DNA from: Anolis carolinensis
Taxonomy: Eukaryota
NCBI RefSeq assembly: GCF_035594765.1
Contig: NC_085841.1
Span: forward strand, 353,843,402-353,907,401
Direction: 5' to 3'
DNA length: 64,000 nt
This document shows positions 12,408 to 27,180 of the stretch, in pieces. The translations under genes and the position numbers were made by a program. Numbering within the stretch: position 1 is the first letter of the stretch; the number at the start of each line of letters is the position of its first letter. Under the pieces are notes generated by a model that had not been told where the DNA came from, made no database searches, and was given only the letters and a program-made list of their open reading frames with translations.

Positions 12408-15382
12408 TATTAAGAGGATAACCCAGAGGAAAGCATTTTCAGCCTTTCTTCATCTTTACCTCTAACTCTGCTTTTAAAAATCAGCTTGTGTTTAAGAGAT
12501 TCTTCCTAAATCATTTTCGTTTATATGCTGACTTTGACATGCTTTAGTGAACTTAATGAACTCACAGTGAACTTAATGAACCCACATAGGGCCAACACTC
12601 AAACCACTGCACTACACTGCCTCACGTGGCCAAAGGAAACAATTATCTGAAAGCATAGGATTCATACATACATTCTTCACATCTTTTTCCTTCCAAAATT
12701 TCATATACATCCAATGTCAGAATGATGTGTGTGAGAGGGACTGAGGTAATTTTACTCTATTTCATTTTCAGTTGAAAATAGTGGCCTGAACATCCTGAGG
12801 AAATGACATTTTGAGTAGAACAGCGATATTGAAAATACTGGGAAGTACTGAGTGGTCTTCTAAAGATGCATAGTTCCATATTGTCATTTCTGTATGAGCA
12901 GCTTCTAAACACTTAATATTTGTCTTTATTTCTTATAGTCCAACTCTTCACTTAGGATTCTATAATTTTTTTGCAGAGGGGGAAGGAATCACCAATATAG
13001 AAGACTAAGAAGCATATGCATGAAAGTACACGATTCAACTTACAACTGATACTTAAACCAATTGTTTGATTTTATGTGTTTGAATATAAAGAAAGCTACA
13101 CAATAGTCAGAAAGTGAAACTTCTTATGTTCCTGGCCAGTCAACACAACTAGCTACTCTAGAGATTATTTATCAGTTTCCTAGCAACATTCCTATTGAGG
13201 AAATCCAAATTTGTATATATATGTGTGTGTATACACTCACACACACACACACACACGTGTGCACAAATTTAGCTTTAAATGCGTATCTAGCTATATTATT
13301 CATGAAATCTGACCAAAGGTTTAATAAGCAGTGATTTACAGTCATAGGGCAACTGTTTTACATACAAGTCTGTTGTTCAAATACACCATCCAAGCATCAT
13401 ATGGTTTATAAAATTAACAGTAAGTTGTTGCCCAAAATCTAGTTACATTCCGTTATGTGAAAAATATCCAGTTCTAGAGATGGTAGAAGTCCAATTTAAG
13501 TGTCCTTCAACAAATATCCAAATAGCAGATTAATCAGAATATGAGTAGCAACAGATGTAAATCCTTGTTAGGCTATTCTCAGATAAATCCTAAAGGCAAC
13601 ACAAGAGAAGTATGGGAAGAGCTTTTCAGAATACCCTAATAAGCACCTGGCTAGAGCTACAAAAAGTTCACTGAATAAGATGTGGTCTTCTACCAAATCA
13701 AATGTTATCCAAGGCTTTTCAGAATGTCAGAGGTATCTGCTAATGATACGGCTTTTTGGAATGTACCAGAGTGTACTTTAACAAGCTCTGTAGAAGGAAA
13801 CCCCGTTGTTTAAGCTGATTTTGTACCATTTTATTTTCTAAATTGTCTCTTAGGAACTTGTTAAGAGAAAAAAGGCAGCACCAGAAATGTCTTTTTAAAA
13901 CAGTTTGTGTGCCACTCTTTGGGACTACACTCAATTCATACAGTAGCGTTCCAAACAGTGAAATGTTTTTAGACACAAGTAAAATTGACAAAGACAGGAT
14001 TTTGAAAGCTTTCATTTCAGATCATTAAGCACAATATCACAGTATAACTCCTCATTCTCTACTATGCAATTTTTGTATATGAAACAGATCAATCTATTTG
14101 CTCTGTTTGCTCTGGCATTAGCGGGCAGTTTGCTACCAGTAAAGGCTTACTTTAGACTACACACCAAATTCCTTAATTCATAACTTGAATTTAGCTTCAT
14201 AACTTGAATTTCAGGGTCAGGTTGTACTTAATCTTGTTCTTCCATTCATGGAAAATTCTTTGACTTAGAAGATTAGCATGGATTAGAAGATAATAGGATT
14301 TTCATCTGATTCCTTGTATTACCTTGCAGTTCCCCTGTCACCTCCTTCATCATTTCAGAATCTTGCTACTCTCTTGAACAAATTGAGGGACAAAGAGAAA
14401 AGGAAGAAACAGTGAAAAAGTTTCCCTCACCCTTCTGTTCACGTAAGATTTTGCATTTGCACATACAACTTTGTTCAAAAATAGTTTGCCTTAAAAATTC
14501 AAAACTTGTTGAGCCCCTAAACATTTGCTTTGGAAAACATGTTAGGTCATGTGCAAGACTTAATTTGCATATACATATTTGATTTTCTTGACACTACTGT
14601 AAGGTTAAGAATCCATTAACTATACACAACAATGTTCAGAGTTAAATCACAGCTGAAATCTCATCTCAGTCACCAACTCAGCAGAGGGTCTTAGGAAAGC
14701 TACTAATACTTCATCAATATATGCAAATATCCAATCTAGGAAGTAACACTAGAGACAAAAATTACGGAAACATTTTAGGAAGGGTAACTTTGTGTGAAGC
14801 AAAAAATAAGCACCATTTAAAAGATATGTTCACACGCAATGTAAATTTATTTGCTGTATGTATATGATCTATGGTATTGAAAATTAATCAGATAATTAGG
14901 AAGACAGCAACCTCTGGGTTGATTTTTTAGTTTGCTGAGAGAAGGCAGAGTGTTCACTTCCAGGTTCATGTAGCACAAATGGAAATGCCACTCCTACTGC
15001 AAACAGAAGATATTTGTACCTAGCCCATTCACATCAAGCTGAAATTCTCCTGAATACCAACTTATTGTTAACACAGCTACATATCTGCTGACAACAATTA
15101 GCTGAGCAACTGATCTGGTCTTGGCTCTGCACTTTTCCTTTCTATGTGATCCCAAGCCTTCTTGTATATATACTCTGCTCTACCAATTCTCCTAAATACT
15201 TAGAAAATTGAGATTTTTTTTCACTCTTTAACAAGTAGCTTTCAACCAACTGAAGAAACCATTAGTTTCCTCCAAAGTTCTATGCTGTATACATTTGGAA
15301 GTAAGAGAGAGGCAGGGTACTACTTCATTCATTCACTCATGGATCTACACTTGTATTGCTGAGGATACTCTATTCTATACAG

Positions 15383-15497
15383 CAGACCTGCGCAACCTGT
15401 GGCCCTCCAGGTATTTTTGGTGTTAGCTCCCAAGAATTTCTGACCATAGGATAAACTGGCTAGGGCCACCTGGAGTAACACAGGTTGTGCAGGCCTG
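15383..15497. mobile_element. Small hAT-like MITE
   Basis: Inverted termini CAGACCTGCGCAACCTGTG / CACAGGTTGTGCAGGCCTG; TSD not preserved. Confidence 0.6.
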
Positions 15498-17899
15498 TTC
15501 AAATCAGATAAATACTGCTGAATGCCAATAATTCTTGACAAATCCATCCTTCACACCACTTTTTTCAATTATTACCACATACATCAATAATTAATATTTG
15601 TTGGAATTTAACCCTACACTACCCAAGTCTGCAGTCCTCAATGCGGAATAGTCAGTTAGCTTTAGTATAGTCTGAGGAAAATCCTCCCAATCTCTCCTGT
15701 ATGACAGTTGGGATGTATCTATTTCTTCTCTTCTCTGTTTCTGCTTTCATTCTGATTGGTTGTGTAGAATGGCTACTTTTCTACTGCAAGCCTTTACTTC
15801 TGACTTTAGCTTTTTACATCTTAGTATGAGTGTATGCTGTATGTATTGAGATTTCTCTCTGCTTGTGTGTGTCAGAGAGATGTAGTGTCTTGGAGTTTTC
15901 CCCTCTCTCTTAGACCTTAGAAGAGATGGGTGTTAAGAGTAGCTCAGACCTAGTTCTTAATTATTAAGAAATGAAGATAGTTTTTGCAAATAAATCTTTT
16001 GCGATTTTTAAGGACATAACTATGGATCTTTGCCTCCTAAGCTCTAAACTCTTTACAGGCACATGGCGCTTCACACTCTACTTGCTGTGAGCTAAATGCT
16101 CAACTATAAATATCCTGCTTTTGTATTTTGTATGCTCTTTATTCTACTGAATTTCTTTGTTGCACACAGAATATAATTTTATAACACAGCTTTTCCATGA
16201 AAGCAGCTTGATATATACCACCCTAACATGAACCACTCATCAGTATTAAGGATGAAAAGCCATACTAAACCCATAATATTCAAAGTATTTTGGGCCCCAT
16301 TGTGAAGATATATCAGGCTTAACCAGACGTCCTCGTGCCCCTCCCCACAAACTACATAACATTTTAGCATTAGATGTGCTTCCCATGCTCAATTTTCAAT
16401 ATGAACTGCTATACAAGAAGAAAGTGTCAGCAGCAATCCTAAGGGTATCATCAAACCTCTTCCACATTTTGCAGCAAAGACACTCCTAAGCTCTTTTTTT
16501 TTTTTAAATCACAGACATGCCTGCTAAGTAAATCCAGCTTTTCTTAAACTTACCATTTTGAACACATGCAGTCAAGACCTATTATTAGACAAGCTTGAGC
16601 AGAATGACATTTTTATATCTAGGAATTAGAGAATTCTGAAGTTCATCACTAAGACTAGGAGAAACTCAGACAACACAGATTTGGGAAAGAATATGTAGCC
16701 CTTGGGACATCCCTCCTCCTGCACCTGCTTGAACCTTCCTATAGTGGGCGGAGAAAATTCCTGCAGCAGTTTATAGTCCAAATTTTTCTCAACCTAGTAT
16801 CTTTCAAAGGCGTGGACTAAAATTCTCAACAGGTCTTCTAATGAAGCGAGCTGTATAACAACACATCTGCAAGTTGCTGAGCCGGGCAAAGAGATGATCT
16901 ATGTAATGGTTCTAAGTAACAGGCTTATGATAAGAGTGTATCATCTGATGGGTAGGAAAAAGTTTAAGGAAGCAGATGCCTTCCAACTAGCAACTGTGGC
17001 CTGGGGTTAAGAAAAGTAATGCTTATTAATGAGTAGAGAAAACAAACTTTAGGGGTGAAAGTACAGAAAAAAAAAGCAATCTGTTTCCAATGAGCTATAC
17101 TACTGTTTCTCCCATACAACCACTCCAGGAAATTATATTTATTTCTGCTTCTTGGAATACTATCACCATCAGCTGTATAACAGACATGTTACAAAACGTT
17201 TGTGGGGAAATATGTTGTGACAAATTTGCTACAGATCATTCAGGGAATCTAGAAAGGAAGCACAGTTCTGATCTCTGGCAGTAAATGATGGGTGGAAAAC
17301 TGGTGTGACCCCATGAGATCATTCCATATGGTAGGCTTTCCCTCCCTTACATATGTTGAATGAATTTGAATCCTGGTCTCTAGAGTTGTAGTCCAATTCT
17401 CTAATCACTATACCACACGGCTCTCATGTGATAACTACCTAACGACACCAACATGAGGGTTTTTTCCCTCCAAATTATTGTTCTGTACAAGTAAAGAAGA
17501 ATGAATGGGTATGTCAAGGACAGTGTGAGTTGGATCTGGCTGCATTCATTCCTAGCATGTAGCCCACTGATGCCTTTTACCAAGAGGAATGAGGCCTTAA
17601 GAAAGAGGATAATAGATTAATTCATTAAAATATTTATATCTCAGCTTATATTTGAAGATCTCATGGCAACATAGAGCAAAATAAATTTAAAATAATAAAT
17701 AAAATGATTTTGAAGAACTGAGTACATATTTTAAAATTTGTATTTATTTAATGTATATCCCTGCCTTTCTTCAGGCACTGGATCCAGTGTAATTCTTAAC
17801 TGACAAAATCACAAGACCCTAGACCACCAAACTGGACTGAGGACTCAGATGTAGCCTTCCTGAAACAGATGGCCATATATTCTGAAAAGAAAGACGGAG

Positions 17900-18642
17900 C
17901 AGCAATGGGAGATTTTGGTTATCCTGGTGTTTACTGGAAGTCAAACTCTGCCAAGAATGAATATAAGGTCCAACAAATTCCTGACTAACCTTGCAGACAG
18001 TTTTATTGTCCAAAAGGTGGAGGAGACAACCAGGGGACCAGATGTTTTTGATTGGATCCTAAACAACATCAATGACCTGGTTAATGGAGTTGGAATGACA
18101 TCCAAGGGTAATAAAATAACTGGCAAAGGTAATTTTAAAGCACTGGAAATGATCCTTGGAAATTCCTGGATAACAGGAAAGCTCCCAACGCACTAGAGGA
18201 AGGCAAATGATGTCCCCACCTTCAAAAAGGGAGAAAAAGAGGACCTAAGGCCCAGTGAGCCTGACAGTAATATCAGAAAAGATTCTAGAGTACAGTCTTT
18301 AAGAAAGGAATGACATGATCACTAAAGTGGATTTATCAAAAACAAGTCATGTCAGAATAATATTTTTGCTTTTTAATAGAGTTACAGCCTTGGTCAGTAT
18401 AGGAAATTCTGTGAATGTAACATATCTTGTTTTCAGTAAGGCCTCTGACAAGATCCATGATATTGTTGCAAACAAGTTAGTAAAATATGTAACAGATGCT
18501 ATGTGTAAGGTAGATTTCTAATTGGTTGACTGATTAAACAGAAGCTATATGGTCAACTGTTATGCATGATTTGATTGTGCATAGCTACACGACAGGAGCT
18601 TGGACTGGATGGCCTTTGTACTCTTCCAACTCTACGATTCTC
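17900..18642 (+). mobile_element. Degraded CR1 LINE
   Basis: Fragmented motifs (SNKFLTNLADSFIVQKVEETTRG; RVTALV..GN.V.V.YL.FSKA.DK) and a CR1 3' end TTGGACTGGATGGCC...TTCCAACTCTACGATTC. Confidence 0.75.
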
Positions 18643-21600
18643 AGTGAAAAATCAGACTACAGAATTTTGCAATACCCCAGAAGAAGTAATGATGTCTATA
18701 TAGCCTTTCCAGTTATGGGAAGGAGATATGGTTGAATGGGCAATTCAACAATGTTATTTAAATATTCTGCATTTGACTCCCTTTCTATTAAGTATAACAT
18801 CATGAATGTAGAAAGAGACCTTCAAAAGAAATACTATCCCTTGATTACTCATAAGAAAAAAATGTTATGAAACAAGAATTAACTACCTGTAATAGCTGTA
18901 AAAGAGAGCAAATCCAATTCTAAGACAGGACAATAGATAAAACTGCTGTATAGAACACAACCAAAATTTGTTTCTAATAGCATACAAAATGCAGCCTTCT
19001 CATATTATTCAACACACTGGAGATGATTCACCCCTGCCCCAATTCCATTCCTCAGATCAAACTGTGTGACAGCTTGTACACTGTTGACTCCATTTCACTT
19101 TGGAATCATATGGGCTGGCTGGTTTGAATCATATTTCTTTGTTAAAACTTATCACTTGTCTGTTAGGCACTTCTGACTTTGTGCCCCCCCCTCCCCGGTT
19201 CCTCATCCTTCTTGTACTATCAGTGGTTTGTCAAACTGAGTCAGACAATATGTCCTATTACGTGGATGATCTGTGAAAAATGTGTAAACTTGAAGAAACA
19301 AATGAAGTATCTTTGGCCCTTATAAAAACAGACTTTGAAGTACAACGGACCAAAGTGCCAATCAAGTACCTAAGCTTTCAGTCACCCCTATGCAACTCTC
19401 TACTTGTTCTTAATCAGAAAAGCAAAACTGAAATCTCTCATTCAACAAGGGTATTGAAAAATGAAATGAACCAGAATTAGTGGAAGCAGGTTGAAAATTG
19501 AATTATGAAAGTCAACTTTCTGATGTCCCCTCAGATGATCTTTTCTATGCAGGCATTTTTTTTTTCAAATAGCTATTATTTAAGATGCTGAAGATGTTCT
19601 TTTTTAATTTTAAAAGATGTTTAACTGTATTTTTGGTGTTCTTGCTAGTTGTCTTCAGTACCATTTTTATCATAAATCTCTCTCCCACTCACACACATAT
19701 CCATCCATTGTAGACCTCTGCTGTGCCCAGGTAGACAACTACTATGGATCAAAGCAATCAGAAAAGGGCAAATACACCAACCTCTTGATCCAAAATAACC
19801 CGACTCTCTACATCAGCCTGGTTGTGACACTAAAAATTCCTCTTGTGACTAACAGAAGGAAATGTTTGGAAGTCCAATTCAGCAGATCAGTGGAAGTCAA
19901 TAGGACTACAGTTGAGAAGCAGACCTAATTCTTTAGTCTCCTCTCCTTAATCAGAATGTTCTGACAGATAAAAGCAAGACTGATTCTAGTATGCCCTTAA
20001 GGTAAAGAACCTGTGCTATAAAATGCTACCATAGTGTAATTTGTAAACTCTTGAGAACAAACTTTGAAGTGTTTCTTACATACTGAAAGCAAATGCCTCT
20101 AGAAAATTAAAAATAAAATTCACAGCAAGCGAAGGTCACACAACACAGTATCTTTCAGGAAACTGCAGACCATAGAGTAGCCATGTGCACCTATCTAGCT
20201 TTCAGGTTTTAATCTATTTATTTACATATGGGCCTCGCTTGAAATCAAGCTGCTGTCAATCACTAATGCAGCTATTTTAGATCAACTAAGTTACTGTCTA
20301 GTATTAAAGAGCCAGTTTTGTCATCAAAACACCAAATGTTTGTTCAGGGTGATTCTATAATGTCTTAATCTACTAGTTAGAAGCTGCAGTTTTTTGACTG
20401 ATACAATTCTGTGTCAAAGTTTAGGGTAAGAAACACAGGTGAACAATTAATGAAAAGACCATGCCTAGACTTTTTCACATGACATTTGCAGAACAGTTCC
20501 CTTGTTAAAACATTTTAATTCCAAGGGAGACAGGGATGTTGCCAGAGCTAAGGTTCTTTTAAAAAATTTATGACAGCACAAAAAAGACGGTATGTTCACA
20601 GAGAAATATATAGATTTTTTAGGATTCCACAATCACAATTTGCAAGTCAAGAATTTCAATTACACTGTAGATAGCCCATAGTGCCTAAACTCTTCCCCAG
20701 AAGTCAGGATAACTGAAACTGTCATACTTTGACCACGAGATATCGCGACTCATTTGAAAAGACAATAAGATAGATGGAAATAGGAAATAAAATGACCACA
20801 TTCAAGCTGGAGAGACTCAATCAAGGAAGCAATTGCTCTGATTTGATAGCAGTTAACACCAATAACACCAATAACATAGTACTTGAAATAGTCATAAGGC
20901 AATTAAAAATGATATTGTGTAATTTAATTTTAAATGGACTAGAACCTAGTCTCCCTTTCTAAATCTTTCCAGTTTAAGATATCTGCAGAAGCAACAACTA
21001 AGGATAAAATCTAGTACCCACTTACCTAAGAATAAGCCCCAATGAAGTAACTGTAACATACAAATAAGCAGCTATTGCACTGTATAATTTTCCTTTTGAT
21101 TTTAATGGGAATACAATACCGCATGTCCTAATTAAGTATAACTAGAGCACAGCATTGGAAACAAACTAGATATTTACATTCAATTATTTCCGGTTTAAAG
21201 CAAAATTTTATTAAATTAAAATATTAACAAAATGAAGTGCTCCAACATTCAATTTAGCACAATTTAGAACAAACAAAATTGTATTTATTTCCAATTAATT
21301 TTTATAGATTAATCCTGCAAATAACACTTATCAGATACATTCTTAACGAAGAACAATACTACAAATTTTAAAAGCAGTTAATATGTATTAACTTGGTTAA
21401 TACGTTAGCTTGGTTCTATATATTCATTCTGAGACAAGTCTACTTGGCACTTCCTTCAAATAAGTTTGCATAGAATTACAACCTTAGGTACTGCAAAAAT
21501 GTTTCCACAAATTTACATTACTCATCATGAGTTTGATTAGCCACCTGTTGACTGGTACCTGTTAATGATTTGCAATATATTGACAACCAAAATGGAGAGG

Positions 21601-22102
21601 GCAAGCCAGTTTACAAAAACTTTTCCTAGGCAGTCTACTTTCAACAGATGAGAAAGTTGTTATTTACTAGCTGTGCTATATTTATAGAGTACGTACATTC
21701 TTCAGATTAACTGTGATAGTTTTAGCATCAGAACAAAGAATAGGTTCCAAACATGCTGAAGGGATAGTATATTGCAACAGTTATTCTATACACTAATTAA
21801 GGGATGTTCTGAACCAAAATGTCCTTAAAATGAGATAAGATCAGAAATACTGAACAGCATGATTTAGAAATAAAGTTTTACAATACCACTGTACTACCAG
21901 GGCGTAGGTATTTGTGAGACCATCTGACACACGTTACTGTGATGGCCACACATTGCCAATCTACCATGGGATCAAGTACTGTATATACTCATGTAAAAGT
22001 TGACCTCACGTATAGCTTGAAGGCTGGTTTTGGGGTAAAAATTGTGGACTTTGATATGGCCTGCAGATAAGTCAACACAGGTTTTCTTGTATCTACTTAA
22101 GT

Positions 22103-22228
22103 CAACCTGTGGGTCCCCAAAATGTTTTGGCCTTCAACTCCCAAAAATCCTAACAGCTGGTAAATTGGCTGGTATTTCTGGGAATTGTAGGCCAAAACAC
22201 CTAGGGACCCACAGGTTGAGAACCAGTG
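22103..22228. mobile_element. hAT MITE (same family as 177-311), 5' TIR truncated
   Basis: Flanked by ACTTAAGT on both sides (22095-22102, 22229-22236); first ~10 nt of the TIR are missing. Confidence 0.85.
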
Positions 22229-25200
22229 ACTTAAGTAATCAGACCCCCTAGTTTATGGATGTACACATAAGTATGTAAGGTATGTGAATATTCAGAAATT
22301 GAGGCACAAACCTAAAATGCTAGTCCAGATGATTCCATGCTTTACAAAATGATGGTCCTCCCTTATTTTGCAAGAGAACTGAACCAGACAACACTGCAGG
22401 AACATAAAACTTGCTCTAACATGCAAATGTCTGGAAAGAGACAAAGGACACATACCTATTTCAAAGCAGAAGAGAAGGTGAATTTTTTTCTACTTGCAAG
22501 CCCTTTTTGTAAGACAGAGTAATGGGGTGGGGAAGAAATCATGCTTGTTTTATTCCAATGAGACTGATACAAAAGCAATGCAAGCACCTAGTACCTAAAG
22601 TCTCTGGAATATATGGAAAGTTCACAGAAGATTGGGACAAAACTAAGAACCTCCAGGTAATTCTGTCCTGGGCAAGGCTGTATGTTCTGCCCCTAGATCT
22701 GAGGGGCTGGTGCATCTGGGAAGAGCTGATGGAAGAGCAGTTAGAATTGCACTGGTATTGTTTTGGGAAGAGGACAACTCTATAAAACCATCAAATAAGT
22801 TTGCTGAAAGATATATGGCAAGAAAAGACCCCTATCTGATCTCTTCTGAAACTTGGTTCTGGGAAGACAGAAACAAAGGTACAAATAGCTGTCTAAGCCA
22901 GCCAGGAACTACAGAGGCATGCAGGCCTATTTGCAAGATTTGTGTTGAAAACTGTAAAGTCACCTTTTTGCTGTGTAAACAACTTTGAGAACTTTGTTGA
23001 AAACTAGTATAAAAATATTTCACATAAATCTCAACATCTGTATAAAGATTTTCCATTTAAAATTTAGTTATGTGGAGGAAAAACAGCCATTTGGCAGACA
23101 TTGAACATATAGAACTGATGGTAAGTTGTCCTTTTTTCAGAGATTGAAGAAAAACAAAATGTATCACACTGCCTAAAGACCCAAATCAATGCAAATTGAA
23201 GTGAATATCACATTTGGGACTATCTAGCTGACTGAAGTCACTAGTATCTCAATCTGATAAAGGAAACTACTGGCTGGTCTGCTATTAATGACATATACAG
23301 GTCAACATGAACCTTATCAAAAACAAACCAGTTGCCATGGAGGCTGATATTCCCTTCATTCTTACACAGCAATTAATGTCCACATCAAACTTACTGTAGA
23401 GCTGTTGTAGCACACAGATGTAGGCATTCTGTGCCTGTGCAGGAGTTACAAAAGTGTTTGGCTATGTAGCCAGATGGAGAATAATTATATCATCCAGTGA
23501 GCCAGGGGCTTCTCTGATTCCCCTGATCTCCTCCAGTTACAGAATGACTTAAGGGTGGGGTAAATGGTTCTGCAAAGCATAGTTTCATATGTGGAACTAC
23601 TACACTGAGCCATGCAAGACTGTAGCCTATATTTACTACAGTTTCATAATCAGTGAAATTGTAGTAAACAAAAATAACTATGTCATCACAGGATTAGTTG
23701 CTCTATCATAAGGATACATATCCCTTTTGCATCTATTCATCTGCCATGAAATACCTCTGATAAATTAAAAAGTTTTTGGGATATTTCAAATCACTCCATT
23801 CACATGAAATACTAGGGAGACTCTTTCAGTGGCACCGTATGTTGACTTTAGTTGTACTATAGAATCACGCAAGCACTCCTCCACAACTGTACATAAAACA
23901 ATGCCCAGCAATAAACAGCCTATTGATCATTTCTAACTGACTGAGAAATTTCTCAACAGTTTGATGAAACAGTTACTCAACATCATGTACCTTGGAAAGC
24001 CATATTGTAAAAAGTTCTTTCCAAGGTACCTGCTGTGGTTGACCAGCAATTTTTCCTTATGTGCCAGGAACTGGTTACATATTTGTATTTCATTATTATA
24101 TTACCACAGCTTCCTGGAAACTTGACACAAGATTGACAGCTGATGGTTTGCAGACCGGTGATGGTCCAAAGACTAGCACTGCTTAAGACTAGCACTGCTA
24201 TGAGAACAGTTCATTTGTTTGTACCTGTTACCACATACCATTGAAAAGTATTGCTTTTAAAAAGAAAGATATGTGGACCTAAAGTATGCAAAAAGGAGAT
24301 CTCGGAAACTCTAAGCCATGGTTCTTACAGCACGGCGGGAATCTACTAACTGAATTTAAAAAGAACAAGGCTTGCTGGCTGCAGTTGCTTTTTTAAAAAC
24401 CCCAGCAGAAATGGCCCTATCTTTGAGCAAAATACGGACTATGAATCAGAGTACAACGTTTTAACTTCAAAGTTTCATATTAGCATAGGATGAAGATTCT
24501 GGTCTCCCTAGTGACAGATAGCAGCCAATTTAACAAGAATTCACCACACTCACACAATGTCATTCCTCTGAATATCATTCTACTCTTTTCTAAATTAGAA
24601 CAAAGAAATACTTCTGCAGCAGCAAGGAAAGATTTCCAAGTCTCTCAACAAATTTGGCACAGTGTTTCCTGTCACACATGAAAAAATCTTGAATTGCTTT
24701 GTAACAGAATTAAACATTTTCTGCTTTGAGTAGGAAACTAACCACATGCATGCTAAAACAATGTGAGCTTAAAGATCAGATCATGGTATTAATCCTCACT
24801 ATACCCTAGGAACAATCTGAGTAGCAGGTTTGATGTTGATGGCATTACTTTAAGCAACTCTACGGAGTGTATGTCAAGAGGATTCCCTCTATGTAAAGGC
24901 ACCCGCCTTTATATAGAATGTAGTATAATTTATACTTATCAGTACCCAAACTATTGAAAATAGAACCCTTAGTTTAAACTTCTAACCTTAGTACATAATT
25001 TATTCTCCTGTGCAATCTGCCCTCATGCTTCTTCCACTATACGTTAGAATTTAACTCCCACCTCACAATCATCCCAGAAACCCAATACAAGTTCTACTGG
25101 TAATAAAGTACAGCTGTTTAAAACAGGATGCATGAAAAATTCATCCTTGAACACATTCACGGATATCGAAGCTATATATCTGTCTTTGGCACCCAGGTTG

Positions 25201-25244
25201 CAGAAGCACACTTTCCCCTACTGAAACAAGCAACTGAAGAGAAA

Positions 25245-25520
25245 CTGTTTTATTTATTTATTTATTTCTGGTGTTTCTACCCCGTCCTTCTCCCCTAGGG
25301 GACTCAGGGCGGCTTACAAGTTGGCAACACAGTGCCATCACATCAACAATACAATAGGCATTAAAAACTAAAAACATTTAAAACATCATAAAAACCAATA
25401 TACAATAATAAACATTACCATTCACTAGACCTTGTTAATCCAGAGTCTTAAAAACCGACCGTGCCAAGCTCGAAAGTTCATTCATTGAACGCTTGAGCAC
25501 ATAGCCATGTCTTTAGTTTA
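25245..25520 (-). mobile_element. L2 LINE 3' fragment
   Basis: (TTTA)n followed by CCCCGTCCTTCTCCCCTAGGGGACTCAGGGCGGCTTACAA, the reverse complement of the L2-type 3' end. Confidence 0.7.
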
Positions 25521-27056
25521 TGGACTCCCCTTCTCTAAAACAAACAGCATTTTAGCCCACTCTTATTGAAGAACATTTTAGTATATTTCACTTCCATTCA
25601 CTTCTTAAACAGCACATATGCCTTTTATTTACTGTATTCTATTACACGGACAAACTGAGGAACTGGACAATTTGTACCTTGACAAAAAGCCAGATAGTGA
25701 ACTGTGTGACTACCAAAGCTTTGCAGATCTCTTTTAATGACACATGTGTGCCCCAGCTGATTGAAAATGTTAAAAACCATACATCTGCTGTGTAATAAGT
25801 GTGCTTTTCAAGCACAATATGCTGCACATGGTCAACAAGCCTTGGTGGGTTTCCAAATGCATTTAGATTAGGTTGTTTCTTTTAAAGGATTTTAAATATT
25901 TTCACATTTATTGACTAACCACACTAATTCGATCCCCAGCCCTGTAGAAAAAGCTATGATGATTAATGATACAAAAGACCTTCCTGGATGAAGGCAGTTA
26001 AGTCAGTTGTAAATTAAGATAATATTTTCTTTCAACACAAAGCCTTCCACACAGGGAACCAAAACATGTTTGTATCACACACCTGGGTACTAAGAAGCAG
26101 TCTGCCATTACTTCTGACAGAAGAGATGTGGACATTTATTCAAATTCTCAAGCTACTTCCTTTACAGCCTGCTCTGCAAACAAGGAGGCTCTTTGTTATC
26201 ACTTTGTATTCATTAATTCACTTTACACATACTTAGAGGCATCACTCCTACACTACTACTTCATCATGCCCTTGGGAATAAGTCTTAGCATTAATTAAAT
26301 TACGAGTTCAAAAGTATTGGCCCTCCAGATGTTTCAGATTACAATTCATGCTATTTCTTCCCATTGACTAAACTAGGTAGAGCAGATGGGCGTTGCAGGA
26401 TAAAGAAATACCTAGAGGGCCAAAGTTATCCACCATCAAATAACCAACTGGCCAGAATGGCCAATGGTGAGGAATTACAGGATACACAGTCCAAACATGT
26501 AAGAGGTAAACCAATGGTGTAAATGATGTTGTTCTCATAAGAATCCTGCCACCTCTGAAATTTTCTTTCAATCTTCCAATTTCTAGCAATGCAGCAACTG
26601 ACATATCATATTGTACATATCAAAGTAAAGAAAAAAAGCAACAGCAATCAATTGTAATGTACTCTCCCTCTACCTGGTGCACCCAAGAACTGATATTCAG
26701 AGGCCTAAGGGATGTGCTGTCTAACCAACCAGACAACATATAACTGATGGCCCTTCCCTTCTTTAAAACTCCTTTTCAATCCTTGTGGCAAAGAATTCCA
26801 GAGTTGTAGGGTCATCATAAACTGAAAAAGACCTGAACTCACACAACAAGGAGGCACTAGAATCAGTGAAGTGCTTTGGCTTAAACCTCTAGCGTTCAAA
26901 TTTCTACTCATCTGGAAAACCCACTGGGCAAGTCACACTCTCTTAGCTTCAGAAGTAAGTGACAGCAAAACTCATTGAAATAAAACTTGACAAGGAAACC
27001 CAGTACTCTTATTATCTGGGTGGAGGCCAAAAGCGGGCTTCAACAGAGAAGGACAG

Positions 27057-27180
27057 CAGACATGGGCAAACTTTGGCTCTCTAGGTATTTTGGACTTCAA
27101 CTCCCACAATTCCTAACAGCCTACATATTGTGTTAGTTAAAGTCCAGAACACCCGGAGGGCCGAAGGTTGCCCGTGCCGA
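27057..27180. mobile_element. hAT MITE (CAGGCATGGGCAAACTT family)
   Basis: Degenerate TIRs; 8-bp TSD AAGGACAG (27049-27056, 27181-27188). Confidence 0.85.

Noticed and set aside
15599-16186. Possible old solo LTR (also ~1600-2290, ~22530-23060, ~38847-39290)
   Set aside because: TG..CA/AATAAA-like hints only, with no TSD or second copy; not supportable by eye.
12545-24200. Short direct duplications (~12546, ~14177, ~24169)
   Set aside because: Ordinary 15-20 bp slippage duplications with no further structure.
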